Of a stretch of DNA of 64,000 nt, positions 1-17,688 are shown in pieces. Source of the DNA: Cycas panzhihuaensis (taxonomy: Eukaryota; Plantae; Cycadophyta); contig CM041465.1 of assembly GCA_023213395.1 (NCBI GenBank), positions 104,167,741 through 104,231,740 of the forward strand, in the 5' to 3' direction. Under the pieces are notes generated by a model. The model saw only the letters and a program-made list of their open reading frames with translations, had not been told where the DNA came from and searched no databases. Position 1 is the first letter of the stretch; every line of letters begins with the position of its first letter. The translations under genes and the position numbers were made by a program.

Positions 1-1625
1 GAATGAATATATCTCTTCGAGAGGCATCATCCTCATTATCATTGACTGAGAGCTCATATGAGTGAACTATTAAGAATTATGGCCACCATCGATGTACAAG
101 GCACATATATAAATAAAGAGTATTACAAAACTTAGGGATATATGTTTTCATAAAGTTTTATAAAATTTAATTATATTTAATTTTTTTGTTAGAGTCTGCC
201 CTTTTACGATCACATGGTGACCTTTTGTGACCTAGGGTTTAGCCCAAAAAAGAGGGCCTAAACCCTTTTATTAATTTATATTTTTCTTTTTTTTTAAGTT
301 CATGTCTTTAAAGGGGATGCCTAGATGCTTTTATCTATAACTCTAATTACAGGTACTAGATTGAAGTGTTGTCTAAACCATTGGATTTCTAATTTAGAGA
401 CGACTATTACGAGTGGCCATATATGATAGTTCTAATTAATAGATGATATATATTTTAATTGATAAAATTATAGCTCTTGTTGACCAAGGAATTTTCTTTT
501 ACATAAAATAATTATTTGAACCATTCGAGATGGTTAACAAAGTACAGATCTCATTAGGAAAATGGGATACCGATGGAGAAATTAATGTGCCATAATAGAC
601 AAAGATGATATACAACTATTTTAACTTTCATTGGATGCCAAAAGGAGAAAAGGTTTTATTTGCATTCTAGTATTTAAATGGGGATGCAACTATATCGTTC
701 ATTGGTTTTTGTAATGTCTACAAGTACTCAAAGTATTTTAAGTGGCCATTCCATATAAAAATAAAATACAAAAACACATGACAAGACTAGGACAAGACAT
801 CTAAAGTACCTCATAGGTCCTAAGATCCTTCTGATATAGAATAAGATACAACATGTATCTAGCCTTAGGAATAAGCATCAACAATTCAAGATGTTTGCCA
901 ACAAAGTTCTATAGAAGATGTAAGATCAGACCAAATATTAATAACATATAGGATCTAGTAGGTGGTGGTTAGAAGATTAGACCAAGCTGCAAGTAATTCT
1001 CGATACTTTGAGGGCAAAGTATCATTTTATGGGGAGGCAAATTGTAGCATTCCCAAAATTATAAAAAGAAGTCAATTTTATAAGAGAAATTATTATTATG
1101 AAGTTAGTTTTTAGGAGAATTAAAGGAAGAATCATTTATTGATATTTTGTTTTAAAGTCAATTTTTTAGAGGGAAAATATGAGTTGGGTTTTTGAAGGCT
1201 ATAAATAGAAGAGCCTTCCTCATTTATAAGAAATTCTTAAAGAATTCTATTATGCTTGGTATATTAGCTTCATGCCATTAGGACCTCATTCTTGTTGGAG
1301 GATTGTACTTGCCTCAAAGAGTATTGTTGTTGTTGGGCAATTATATCAGGTGTAATTATTCTATTATTATTATTCCTTCCTTATATATACTATAGTTATC
1401 AATGTATGAATGATATATATCTCTGCTAAATCATGTTTTATGAGGGTTTATTACTATAATTTATATTCTATTTACTATGAATGTATCAAAATATTATGAA
1501 GTACTATTATAATTAACTAGCATTATTATCTTGAGAAATATGATTGGTGGTGAATGACTATAAATATTTTGTTATATGATGGAAATATTAATTCTATCTA
1601 TTATTATTCTATTTGGCCCACTATA
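1..1625 (+). mobile_element. Element Z: 5'-truncated, pol-deleted Ty3/Gypsy (chromovirus-like) remnant inserted in the RT of element A
   Basis: Gag-like remnant ~570-720 (EKVLFAF*YLNGDA..). Chromovirus-type terminus 'ctttgagggcaaagt' and PPT ggggagg at 1031-1037. LTR tgtag(1043)...ctata(1625). RT-coding sequence of A resumes immediately afterwards. Confidence 0.6.
1043..1625 (+). repeat. 3' LTR of element Z
   Basis: Starts TG right after the PPT, has ctataaata at ~1199-1207, and ends ctata (decayed ctaca, inverted repeat of tgtag). The partner LTR lies outside the window. Confidence 0.55.
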
Positions 1626-2248
1626 AGTCTTTCTTACTTTATATCGACTATTGTGAACTCAACAAAATCACAATTAGAAACAAATTCTTAACACCTAAAA
1701 TTGACATTATGCTTGACGAAATCCATGTGACCACCATCTTCTGTAAGTTAGACCTTTAATCAAGCTATTATCAAATTTCTATTGCCATCAAGGATCACTA
1801 TAAGATAATATTTTGGATATATCTTAGGCACTTTGAATTTCAAGTAATGCTCATTGGCCTTGATAATATCTTAGCTATGCTTTAGACCTTAATGAATCAT
1901 TTTTTTGCCCCATACCTCTAAAAATTTATTATTATTTTCTTCAATGATATTATTATTTATAGTTTAACTTTACATGATCACCTTCAATATTTAGAAGTTA
2001 TCCATTGCATTCTCACCTAATACTAATTTATGTAAATCTATTTAAATACAAATTTAGCAAGTTTGAGTTACAATATCTAGCTCATCTCATCTTTTCTAAA
2101 GGCATCCAAGTTGGCCTAGACAAAATCTTAATTACCTGGCCAATTGTTAGAGATCTTATCTAGTTGTGTGCTTTTGTAGGGCTTATAAGATTTTACTATC
2201 AATCTCTTCAAAATTATACCTCTTTTATGACCTTGTTAACAAATTTAC
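1626..2248 (+). pseudogene. Element A: reverse transcriptase fragment (Ty3/Gypsy chromovirus)
   Basis: Decayed motifs IDYCELNKITIRNKF, MLDEIH, DL*SSYYQI, FFNDIIIYS, YLAHLI. Ends LLTNL at the TSD of B and continues after 53901. Confidence 0.85.
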
Positions 2249-2903
2249 TATGATAATTCCATAGGGAATTCACACCTTAAACAAAGATAGCATCCACTCA
2301 TAGAGCCACCTTTTATAATTTTATATAGGTAAATAAGTAATAAAAATAAATATTGGGTAGATAACATCTACTCATAATCTTAACTTCTAGAGTTTCATAT
2401 AGATAAACAAGTAACAAAAGTAATACTAGAGAAAAAGTATAGTATTTTATTGCTTTAAGATCACAAGACTAAATATTATAATGATATACACTAGTAAAAT
2501 ATGTATAAAAGTTATTGTACTTACAAGGAATGAAAATTGAGTCTTTTGCTTCCTCTTCAAGGTGTGGCATCCTCCTAATAAGGCTCCTTAAGGATGAAAA
2601 TATGGTAGATCTAAATATATAAATGATGATCCCAAACTAAGGCCAAAAGCACCTATAAATAGGTGGCCAAGATACTTTTTAAATAGGTCGACTAAAATAC
2701 TAAAGAAGTCAGCTAAAATAACATAAGTGAATTGACCAGAATAAATATTAAGAAGCGAACTAAAATTAGATAGAATAAATATTAAGAAGTGGACTTGAAT
2801 AACCTTAGAATTAGTCAAAATAAATGTTAAGGAGTTGGCCAGAATAAGGATAAATAAGGTGGTTAGCTAAACCAATCCATCTTTTAAGGTAGAAAATACT
2901 ACA
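2249..2903 (-). repeat. 3' LTR of B
   Basis: Aligns to 53330-53901 (e.g. gagtcttttgcttcctcttcaag). Followed by agtccctccccct, the PPT on the minus strand. About 80 bp longer than the 5' LTR because of extra aataaatattaagaag-type units. Confidence 0.9.
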
Positions 2904-2916
2904 AGTCCCTCCCCCT

Positions 2917-5900
2917 GAAAGCATGTTATGCCTTCAAAGCACAAGAAGGTTTAGATGTTGTTAGTACCCATCCTTAGATTCCCAAGTTGCATCTTCATGA
3001 TCTAGTGTATTCCATTTTATCAAGTACTCTTGTATCTCTTTGGAGCATAGCCTTTTTATTTAAATCTTTAAGATACCTTCTATTTCTATAATTTTTTTGC
3101 CTTCTTCATTGAGTACTGGTAGTGCTAACTATGGAGTGATAGTTTGTTTAAGCTTTTATTTGAGGTAAGAAATGTGGAAGACATTATGAATATGACTACA
3201 TGGTGGTATGTTTAGTTGGTATGTAACTTTACCCACTTTGTCAATTATTTGGTACAATAAAAAAAATCTTGGTTATAACTTATGTTACTTGATTGTTTTA
3301 TTATGGCTTGTTTATAAGCTTGGAGTCTTAAGAAGACCCAATCTCTTATCACAAAAGACCTCTCTATTATGTGTACATCTACTTCTTATTTCATTCAATT
3401 TTTGGCTAGATTTAAATTATCTTTTAATATTTGTAATGTTTTTTTACCTTTGTTCCTATTTTTCTTAAATATACTAGACTCATGTAATCTTTGCCCATAT
3501 AATAAGAGATTAAGGTTCAAAATTATATAATTCTTAGAATGGAGTCATTTTTGTAGAGGTATGGTAGGTGGTGTTATACCATCACTCAACTCAATGAATC
3601 CACTTATGTTAATGTTATTATTTGTCTAATGTAAAATTTTGTAGATATCCTTCTAGATATTTATTTATGACTTCTATTTATTTGTTAGTTTGTGGGTGGT
3701 AAGATGTACTTATAGATAATTTTGTGCCTTCCATCTTGAATAACTCCTACCAAAAATTACTTGTGAATTTTAGATCATGATTATTGATTATGATCTTTGG
3801 AAATCCATGGAGATGATAAATCTCCATGATGATGAGTTTGACAATTTGAATTGATTTTACTCTTGGAGTCCTTGAAAATAGGCATATTTGGTGAGGTGAT
3901 CAATAATGACGAAGATTGCATCCATACCTTCTGATTTGGGTAGCCCTATTATGAATTCCATTAAGATGTCTTCCCATTTCTATTCTGGTAAATATTATAG
4001 TTGGAGTAGTCTAGGGTTCTTTACATTTTTGCTTACATTTCTTTGATAAATGTCATATTCTGAAATAAACTTATGGATGTCTTCTTTAATTCTTTTCCAA
4101 AAAAAGGTATTTCAAACTTGGTGGTATATCTTGTTAATTCCTATGCATTTGGTTATTAGGGAGGAATGGGCTTCATTAAGGATCTTAGCTTTTATTATTG
4201 ATGTAGTAGGTATCATAATCTTCCCATTTTATGGGATCAAGTTTCCCCTCAGTTGATACTTTGTTGACTTCTTTGTGCAAATATCTTATAGTGCTTTTTA
4301 GTAGATCAAATTTCCCTAGTATTCTTAAATTAATTCTCCCATCCAAGTTAGAGTAGCTGCTAAAATAGCCTGTAAGGATGTATACTCTTGTGTGATGCTA
4401 TCATCGGGTATTTGGGATAGTGTATTTGCAATGACATTTTCCTTTTCCTTTTTGTAAATAATACTAAAATCAAATATTTCAAGTTTACTTACCCATTGCC
4501 ATTGCTCGTCAAATAATATCTTTTGGTTTAGAAAGTATTTTAGACTACCATGGTTGATTTTGACCATACTTCGAAGTAAGTATTGATGCCATTGATTTTT
4601 GGTGTGCACAATTGCTAACATTTCCTTATCTTGGATGGATTTTAATCACTCCTTTGAATTTAACTTACAACTTTCATATGCTATTAGATGATTATTTTGG
4701 GGAAGTATCACTCCTATTATCATTCTTGATGTGTCACATTCTAATATGAATGGCTTTTCTAAATATGAAGTTGCAAGTATTGGTGTTATAACCATTGTTG
4801 TCTTCAATCCTTGGAATGCATTCTTGGTTAGTTAACTCCACATAAATCCATCCTTCTTGGTTAGATTTGTCAATGGTCCTATTATGTGGGCATATCCCTT
4901 AATAAATATATGGAAAAACTTGGGAACCCCTAGAAAACATCTTATATGAATTACATTCTTTGGAGTAGGCCATTCTGTAATCATTTCTACATTTCTTTTA
5001 ATCCATCTTAACACCTTCTTACATGATAATATGCCCTAAATATTTTATCTTTATTTTCTAAAAAATGCATTTACTTTTATTTGCAAAGAGTTAATTATCC
5101 TTTAAGACTTGTAGTATGTCCTTGAGATGCTTTATATGTTCCTCCTATGTTGAACTATATATCAAAACATCATTGAAAAAACTAGTGCAAATTTGCATAG
5201 AAAAGATTGAAATACCTTATTTATTATGCTTTAGAAGGTGGTCAAAGCATTGGTAAGCTTGAATGGCATAACTTAAAATTAAAATATCTCTTAGTAGGTG
5301 CAAAAAGCTATTTTGTATCTATCTTTAGCATTATTGTGGATCTAATAATATCCTAAATGTAGATTAATCTTTGAAAAATATTTTGCTCCATGTAACTCAT
5401 ATAAGAGATCATCGATTCGAGGAATTGGACATCTATTCTTGACATTGAGTTTGATGGGTCCTTGGTACTCTATGCATATGTAATATGATTAACCTTTCTT
5501 CCAAATTAATATGACTGTCGATGTGAAAGGGCTAGTGTTAGGGGTGATATACACTTATTGCAAGAGTTCTTATGTAATTCGCTTGATCTCTTTTTTGAAA
5601 TGGTATGGATGTTGATAAGGTCAGATGTTTATAGGTGTTTCTTTAGGTGTTAGCTTGGTGTGGTGTTTGCATCCATGGCTTAGAGATAATCCTTAGGATG
5701 GTTCCTCAAAGACTTTGTTATATTAGTTAATGAGGGCCCAAACTTCTATTGGAATATCCTAAATTGTGATTTTGTAGCACATTATCATGTATGATGTGGG
5801 GCTTTTCTTCAATAATTTCTCCATATGATGTAAAGGCACTAGCTAAGCTAGTGGTGTTAAAGGGTGCTTACAACTTATATTTGTGCCAATTTTAGGAAAA

Positions 5901-6550
5901 ACTCATGAAGCAAGTCTTATAGTTTTGCTCCCATTTAACCCTTCTTCATTTTCTTTAGTAAGGGAAGGTTCAACTTTTATATTTGAATGGTTCCAATTTG
6001 GTTGGAAACTTTGACCCTGATATTTGGGAGGGGTGTTTCGATGAATATAAATCTATCTCACTTTACAATATTTAGCCTTAAAATTTTTGGCATGACGAGT
6101 TGCATTGCTTAAGGTTATTAAACCCATTATTTTAAACTAGAATTTAACATTTCCTCTAAGTTTGATGATATATACTTCTATGAGTGGATTATCTTCAATC
6201 TTCTTGTTGACCAGGCTATGTAGAGTTTGGAATTTCTCTATATAAGTCTACATTGATCCTATTTGTTAGAGATGCATAAGTTGGGTAGAATAATATGTGT
6301 TTCATATGTCCTCATTTTATTCTATGAGGCTTTTCTCCAAGAAGATCTAGTTGTAATGCCTTGTCCTTTCATAAATTCTATTCTACTAGTGGAACCATTT
6401 AAGGGCTTTCTTATATAAATGAAGGGATGCCAGGAGTATTTTTTTTCTTTTGGTGATAATTAGCATGCCTCAAAATAGATCTCCATTTGGATTGTCTAAT
6501 TACAAATATCTCTTGACTTATCTAGGCCAAATTTCTCTAGAAAAAAATTG
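2917..6550 (-). pseudogene. B gag-pol pseudogene (gag, RT, RNase H, integrase, chromodomain)
   Basis: Minus strand shows gag (ILLASLHL..ALKWFH), RT (FFNDVLIYS), WPTPKNVIHIRCFLG, RH (MLAIVH..WHQYLL), INT (WEDILMEFIIGLPKSEGMDAIFVIIDHLTKY; SSYHPQT) and chromodomain EYLIKWNTLDHEDATWES. Many stops and frameshifts. Confidence 0.9.
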
Positions 6551-6555
6551 GTACC

Positions 6556-6943
6556 TATAACATAACCCCATTTTCTAAAATAAAAAAAGACACTAGTGTG
6601 GAGAAATTGTCAAGGATTAAGTGCTGATGTTAACTATTAAATTTTGTGCACAAGTTGTTAAGCGCTCTAATGATATGTAAGGTCATTAGGGCTCCCAATA
6701 GGATTATTGAAGAGAGACCCTCTTTTGTCTATTTAAGGGTCAGAGATTACCTGTAATGGGTACTAATTATTGCTTCATTTTCTTAAGATAAAGTATTTTA
6801 GTACTCCTTTAGTGTTCTTTTGATGTCCATTGTGGGAGCTATTATGTAATATTAGCCTCCAAAGTTAATAAAAGTGCTATGTTTATTCTTTCAACTCTTC
6901 ATCCTTCAGACTTATAAGTATTATTTCGAGAAGATATACTCCA
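6556..6943 (+). repeat. 5' LTR of C
   Basis: tataacataaccc...atactcca, followed by a tRNA-iMet-type PBS. Aligns with 12706-13014 and 52855-52932. Confidence 0.9.
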
Positions 6944-6945
6944 AG

Positions 6946-6957
6946 TGGTATCAAAGC
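6946..6957 (+). promoter_or_regulatory. Primer binding site (tRNA-iMet type) of C
   Basis: tggtatcaaagc versus the canonical TGGTATCAGAGC, 2 nt after the LTR end. Confidence 0.85.
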
Positions 6958-8180
6958 AAGGTTCGATGGCCTTGTAGAGGCATTCAGGAGCTAAAATGTT
7001 TTTTCCCTTTGGTAACACTTGTAACCCTTCTCCTATACTACTTTCTTTTTTGTTTCAACTTTTAGCCATTTTAATTTTTGTTCAAGGGTAGGTTACTTTG
7101 CTTGGTAGCTATCCTTTTTTGCTCTCTCTCTCCTTCTTCTAAGGTAGATAACTCTACTTGGTAGTTACCCAACTTAGATAGGTAGAGACCTGTATTAGGG
7201 GTTTATAGGCTTGTGCTAGGCTAAGCATATTGTAGCTTCTCCACCTTTTTGTGAAGGAGTTTAGTTAAGTCTATTGAACCAAATCTTAAATAAAACTTGG
7301 CTATAAAATTAAGCCTCCATATACCCTTAAGTATATAGGAGGATCTCGATAGGCTCCCTACCCATCCTAGAATGGGTAAACCTTTAGCCATTTATCCTTT
7401 GTGATGCATGGGTTAGTAATTAGTGCTAAGAAGCTATTCTACATGAATACCTCTATATGGTTGTAGGCCTTATGGAGAAAGTCTTTCTTATGTAGGTAGT
7501 GACCTAAGATATTAGGTTGAGCTACAGTAACAACAAAGAAGTTTATCGTAGGGCCTATAGAGCCAAACACTCCCAATGTTAGAGTCTGGTAGGTTTCCTT
7601 CTATTTGAAGTTTCACTCACATAGAGAAACTAAGTCTACTAAATTGTTGTTGTATATTTATAACTAAAAATACAGACCTACAAATAGAAGGCTATAACTT
7701 CATTAATATTTATCAAAATCATAAATGGCTTGAACTATTGAACTTGCTATAAAAAAAAAAGCCCATGACCAAAAAAATTATAGTTAAAATTCATATATCC
7801 TATTTTGATTGGTATATCGTACTGATCAATTTGTATTAGGTCAATTTTTACAGTTTATTTTTGGGTATAGCAACACCTGGGTCACCGATGGGCCCTGCCA
7901 TTAAGTTTTACCTCTATAACTCACTTATCCTATTACGATGAGATTTTTGCACTCATCCAAGTGCACTAGGTGATTTTATTCCCTGAATTTTTAGGTCAAT
8001 AGGCTATAGATACCCTTAGCCCCTTCCCTCCCCCTTTATCCCTTCTATATCCCATCTTTTTCTTAAGGCATTCCTTATTTCTTAAAAATACTTTTTTTTT
8101 TCATTATTCCCCATTTCATGTATTTTCCATTCTTTCTACTAGTCTCACTTCCATAAAGCCCATTTTATATTTCTAATGGC

Positions 8181-11100
8181 ATGACCACAAGAAGAAAGGA
8201 TCTCTTCACTAGAAACTGAGCTTAAAGATTTTCGACAAGAGATGAAGGCTAAGTTAGCTAATCTTCCTTTCAAGGTAGATCTAGGCAACCTTCTTTTAAA
8301 GGAAGATTTCTTAGCACTAGTCACTTAAATGACATAGTCCAATTCTAATAGAACAAGAATATCAAATATGATGGTCAACTTTCCTCCTCCTCACCTTCTA
8401 TAAAGAAGAAATGTAAACTAAGGAGGCCATCGATAGAGGCAATAGTTACTCCACCATAAAATCAACATCCCAACTTTTGATCCTAAGTTAAATAAATAGT
8501 GCACTCACAACCAGATCTGTAAGTTAGAATCCTATTTTACTCTCAATCCTAAGACCAAAGAAGATTAGCTACTATATGGCTCCATCTGCACAGATGGAAA
8601 AGTTCATCACTAGTTCAATTGGTGAAAAGAAAAAAAAAAACCTTTAAATCAAACATGGCCACACTTCACAAATTATCTCTTCAAGTAATATGAGAACACT
8701 TGGAGGCAATCATTCTTTACTTAGTTGACACATCTCAAATAAATATCATCACTAAAGGTCTTCATAGATGAATTCTAAGAACTATACAATCGATCCTCTC
8801 AAAGCCAAGGCCTAGATAAATAAAACTTGATAGACATTTATATGGTAGGTCTATAGGATCATATTCAGATGTCCCTCAAGACATTATCCGTAAATTCTCT
8901 CAAGGAAGTTATCAAAATGGCTCAAGTAGTAGAGGCAAAATTTATAGCTGAAAGTCCCTTACCCACTTGATAGGATAACCCATGGTTATCATTATCGCAT
9001 CAATTAGACTTCTAATAGCCTTAATCCTAGTTTAATGATATAGCTCAACCATAAACATATTTCCAACATCCCTAGCCACAACTTGATGGTGTAGCTTACC
9101 ATACAATAGATTAACAGGCTAAAGAATCCTCACAAAAAAGAGTCCAACTATCATAAATAGAAGCATAACATTAAATATAGGCCAACCTTTATGTTCAATT
9201 CTTAGAAAAGTGGATTGATAATCATGGTTACATTTGCAAAGTGGGGCATGTGGTCTTTTCTATCAACTCCATCCTATCCCCTAATGAACATTTAGATTAT
9301 GATTCAAAGCATGAGGTTGATGATGACTTCCTAGAAGATCCCACTCCTAATCCTTAACTTGAAGTATCCCTCTTAGTTGTAGCCTCCTCCTCTTGTCTTG
9401 AACCCCTACAAGTTAAGGGCATCCTCAACAAAACTTTAATATCAATCCTAATTGACAATGGCATATCCCTAAACTTTATTGATATTTTATTCGCTTAACA
9501 ACTAAACCTTTATATTGTCCTAAAGACTAGCTTCACCTACTCCCTGCTAGTGTACCAAAAGATGCATTGTATTGGTGTCATAAAAAACCTACATGTCTAA
9601 ATTAGCACCTATCTCCTAACCTTAGATTTTTATGCATTATCGATAAGAGGATCTGATACTATAATAGGAATTTAGTGGCTAGAAATCTTAGGAACTTTTA
9701 GTATCAATAACTCCCTAACCAATCCTTTCATATTGTTCAAGGATTTAATGGGAAAAATATAAACTCTATGGGTTACAATCCCTATCAAACTAACTAGTTT
9801 CACCAAGTCATATGAAAAGACACCTTCAATCTAACCTTGGTTATATAGTCTACCTTAATAACATTTAGGTTGACCCTCAAATTCACCCACACATCTAGGA
9901 TATCATTACTAAATATAAGCAAGTATTTTCTCCCCTTCTTGCCACTACTCCACTTGATTATGGTTTCTTCCACAATATTGACCTCTAATCTAATTATAAC
10001 CCAACTAGCCTATGCCCATATAAAAATTCCTACTTTAAGAAAAATGAAATCAAGAAAATCATTATGGAACTGATGGATATGGGAATAATCCAACTAAGCA
10101 AAATCCATTATGTGGCCTCAATAGTCTTAGTTAGAAAGAAAGATGGCTCCTTTTACCTTTGCATGGATTATAGAGAACTTAATAAGATTGCCATAAAAAA
10201 AAAATTCCCCACTTTAAGGATAGATGATATGTTATATAAAATCCATAGAGCCTCGATCTTATCTAAGATAGATTTAGAATTTGGATATTATCAAACACTA
10301 ATTGTTCTAGAGGACTACAATAAAATAACTTTTAGAATATATCATTACTACTTCAAGTTCTATATGATGCCTTTTGGCCTTTGTAATGCACCTACCACCT
10401 TCCAAGCACTCATGAATAGGATCTTTAGCCTTTGCCTTCAAAAATTTATTATCATCTTCGTTGATGATATCCTTATGTATAGTTCCTGCTTGGACCATCA
10501 CATTCATCATCTACAGATTATTCTCTAAATATTACATCAACACTAATTATATGCCAAACTTTCTAAGTGCAAGTTTAGGAAAACAAAATTCTAGTATTTA
10601 GGGCATATCATATATTTTGAAGGGGTATGGGTGGACCTAAATAAAATATCGGTCATCACTACTTGGCCAAAACCAACCAATCTCACATAACTGTAAGCTT
10701 TCCTTGAACAGGATTTTATTGTCATTTTGTATAAAGCTACATCTCCCTCATAACTCTACTAATCAACTTACTCCTAAAAAACTCCTTTTAATGGTTTTCA
10801 GAGACCGAAGCTACCCTCTCCTATCTTAAGGTAGTAATGAGTTCTACCCTAATCTGCATCACTTCTGATTTTACCTAAATATTCTAGGTTGAATATGATG
10901 CATTAAGATTTAGCCTAGGTGTGGTTCTTATGCAAGACTATTATCCTATTACATTTGAAAGTTAAAAACTAAAAGATTATGAACTCCAACTTTCTACATA
11001 TTAGAAGGAAATGAGATCTATCCTACATGTTATGGATAAATGACACTAATATCTCTTAGGATCAAAATTTCTTATCCTTAGACCACCAAAGCCTCCATAG

Positions 11101-12690
11101 CCCATTAAATTAGCTAGTTCTATCTAAAGAGTAGGCTAAATAGATTGATCACGTATGGGTCTTTGACTTTACAATCTCTTATAAGAAACATAAAGACAAC
11201 ATGGTCACAAATGCCTTTTCTTGTCCACACCATGATTCCAATACCCCAACAATGGTATTCATGTTATATCAAAACCCCACCCCATTTGGCTTGATGAATT
11301 ACATGTTAAAAATTAGGCTCAACTTGATTATGCCCATTGGAATGAAAAAACTCTCACCCAAAAAGGTTGGTTATCCCAAAACAATCATTTGTTATTTAGA
11401 AATCACATTTTGTACACCTATCCTCCTCATTCATCTCTTAAATTTTAATAGAGTACCATTCCACTCCCCTAGGGGCCATTCATAATTTGATAAAACTTAT
11501 CGATGTATTCATGCTGATTTCTTTTGGCCTCATATGAAACCTACCATATTCACCTTCCAATCAAAGTGTAATACTTGTTAGTGGAACAAGGTAGATACCA
11601 AAGCCCTATCTAGTCTTCTCTAACCATTACACATTCCATAAGGTAAATGGTAGGACATTGCCATGGATTTTATCAGTAGTCTATCTATATCTATTGGTTT
11701 TGACTCTTTTTAGGTAGCCATTGATAGATTAACCAAGTATACACTTCCTCTTAGTTCACACGTTTGATACATCTTCCCATCTTACTAACCTATACGTTTA
11801 ATTTATTTTTTAGCTTTATGGATTTCCCTTAACTATCATCTATTATCACAACCCCAAGTTCACTAGATCTTTTTGGTAAGAACTCTTTAGAGTTGTAGGA
11901 ACCTCATTCAACATGAGTTCTGCTTACCATCCTTAAATAGATGGTCAATCTAAGATTTTGAATAAAATTTTATAAATATGCCTCCATTATTTTTCCTCAG
12001 AATACCAAGCTAAGTGGATCTCCTGGCTTTCCTTGGTAGAATATTGGTACAACTCATCTCACCACTCAACCATTGGTATATCCCTATTTTTGCCTTATAC
12101 AATTATCACTCTCTTCACACCACACCTTAGCAACTAATCTTCAAACTTCCTTAGCCTAGTAAAATCTTTAGGAGATGGATAAAATCCTCTGTAAACTTGG
12201 GTAAAACCTAGCTATTGCATATTATTGTGTGAAGAAACTTACTGATCACCATTGGTTTGATCAATCATTTAAAATTAGAGATCTCACATCCCTCCACCTC
12301 TATCCAAACAAATAATCATCCCTCAAGTCCTATCAAGGCCATACATTAAGCTCATATTAGTATGGTCCATATAAAGTCCTCTAATAGATTGGTGAAGTTA
12401 CTTATGCCCTTGATCTTCCCTCAAACACTAATATCCATAATGTCTTTCATGTATCTTACCTAAAGAAATGCTTAGGTAGAAAAGTTACACCCTACCCATT
12501 CTCAATGATGAATAACACCTCATAGTCTTACCAGACTGAGTCCTTGCTAATTACTAGCATTACCTTTGGAATTATACCATTTCTAAGCATCTAGTGTAGT
12601 GGGTTAGTTGTGATATAGACAAAGTGACATGGGAATCTAAAAGAGTTTATCCAGCAACACCCTCATTTCCAATACTTTAGGGGTTGAACA
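8181..12690 (+). pseudogene. C gag-pol pseudogene (gag, protease, RT, RH, INT, chromodomain)
   Basis: Protease ILIDNG at ~9445. RT ORF 10064-10528 (LVRKKDGSFYLCMDYRELNK, MPFGLCNAPTTFQ, FVDDILMYS). INT DIAMDFISSL, MSSAYHP, YGPYKVL, IHNVFHVSYLKK. Chromodomain LV*WVSCDIDKVTWES. Confidence 0.92.
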
Positions 12691-12705
12691 TCTTAGAGGG
12701 GGGCC

Positions 12706-13014
12706 TATAACATAACCCTATCTTCTTAAGCAAAAGAGACATTATTATGGAGAAATTATCAAAGGTCAAGTGATGATGTTAACTATTAATTTTTGTATGT
12801 AGGCTAATAAGCCCTCTAATGATATATAAGGTTGTTAAGGCCACTAATAAGACTGTTAAAGAGAGACCCTCTTTTATCTATTTAAGAGTCAGAGATTATT
12901 TGTAATAAATATTGATTATTATTTCCTTTTCTTATTAGAAAGTACTTTGGGACTCCTTTGGTGATATCTTGGTGTCCATTACATGAGCTATTTTGTAATA
13001 TTAGCCTTTAAAGT
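12706..13014 (+). repeat. 3' LTR of C, left part (split by D)
   Basis: Aligns to 6556-6865; similarity stops at the aaagt TSD. Confidence 0.9.
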
Positions 13015-16376
<3,362 letters not shown>

Positions 16377-17244
16377 CTGCCCCCTTGGCAGCAGAACCTC
16401 TTCAAATCTAGACCTAGAGATGATGAACGTTGCCAACACAAGTGATGAGGTATGCTAAAGTAACATTGCAAATAAAAATGTGTGTGCACCACATGGGGTT
16501 GTGGCTTCCATAGTGGTACCTCATTAGCAACAAATCGAAGGTGGGTAGCCCTAGGTTAGCCCTATGGGAGTTCTAAGTTGGAGATGTACAAGCTAAGAAA
16601 GATGATGAATCAATGATTGTATCAATCCCTAAGGCTAATGGCTACAAAATCTTAGTATGCACAAGTAGGGAATGTCCCACAATGGGGGTTTGTCCCCATG
16701 GTATGATGGGGCAGGTGGCATGGACTAAGAAAGGGGCTAGAAGCCTTAGGGCCCTTTAAACAAATATAGAGATGTCCCAAATACCCAAGGGGAAAAGAGA
16801 GAGGCCCGATGGGTCAAAAGGGTGGTAACCATGGTTTTACCTCATCAGCGGCCAATTTTCAAAGGTATAATTTTTTGGGTTTTTTAATGTTTTATATTTT
16901 TTTTAGATTTTGTTATTTTATTATTATTTTTTGTTTATTATTTTATAACTCTTTTTTAATTTTGTTGGTTTTATGATTTTTTTTTTCTTATAATAAAGGC
17001 TTACATGAAAGGAAACAACAATTAAGTAAATAAAATATATACAAATGTACAGGTTAGTTTACCCTTGTTTCGGAGCTAGGTGGTAGTTTAGGCTCTCATC
17101 AAAGTAAAGGGGGGAGCTTTAGTAGCATGGACTAGCTTCAGAAAGGGGGTTATATATGCTTATGGTTGCCACCAGAGTTTTGCCTCATTAGTGGGTGCCC
17201 CTTAGAGGTGAGGCTGGGGGATTACCCCCATAGATATAAGTGCC

Positions 17245-17688
17245 TCAAAGGGTGGCTGAATGAGTCTGGAGAGGGTTATGTGCCAATGGTATATAACACT
17301 CAAGAATGAAGTTGACCAACCTATCCACTTTAGTGTTAAGTTCATAGGGCATATAGTGAATGTCAATAAAGGAGAACTGGGCTAGAAGGGATCTAGAAGT
17401 TATGTCCAAAGGTCTCAATTAGGGGCAAATAGAGCAATAAACCTGGGTAAGTTAAGACACAATAATTTGGGAATCACAACATAAAATGGTAGAGTTGTGA
17501 TGAAAGTGGAGTAAATTGGTCAAAGCCTCGATGACAGTAGCGTACTCAGCCTCATTATTAGTGGCTTCGTATAGATAAATCCTAGATCGAACAAAAGTAT
17601 GCCCAAAGAGATCTCAGATGACCCAGGCAGTGATAGAAGGCCCCGAGTTCCGATGACTACCCCCATTGGTGTGAATGATCAATGCCAT
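17245..17688 (-). pseudogene. Additional archaeal-type RNase H (aRH) of D, free-standing near the 3' LTR
   Basis: Manual translation: MALIIHTNGGSHRNSGPSITAWVI*DLFGH...EATNNEAEYATVIEAL...CDSQIIVS*L...IHYMPYELNTKVDRLVNFILE. Matches the RNase HI motifs DGxSRGNPG, TNNxAEY, DSxLVV, HIPRExNxxADxL. Confidence 0.9.

Noticed and set aside
232-265. Telomeric repeat (tagggttt / aaaccct)
   Set aside because: Isolated single motifs typical of LTR-element leaders, not an array.
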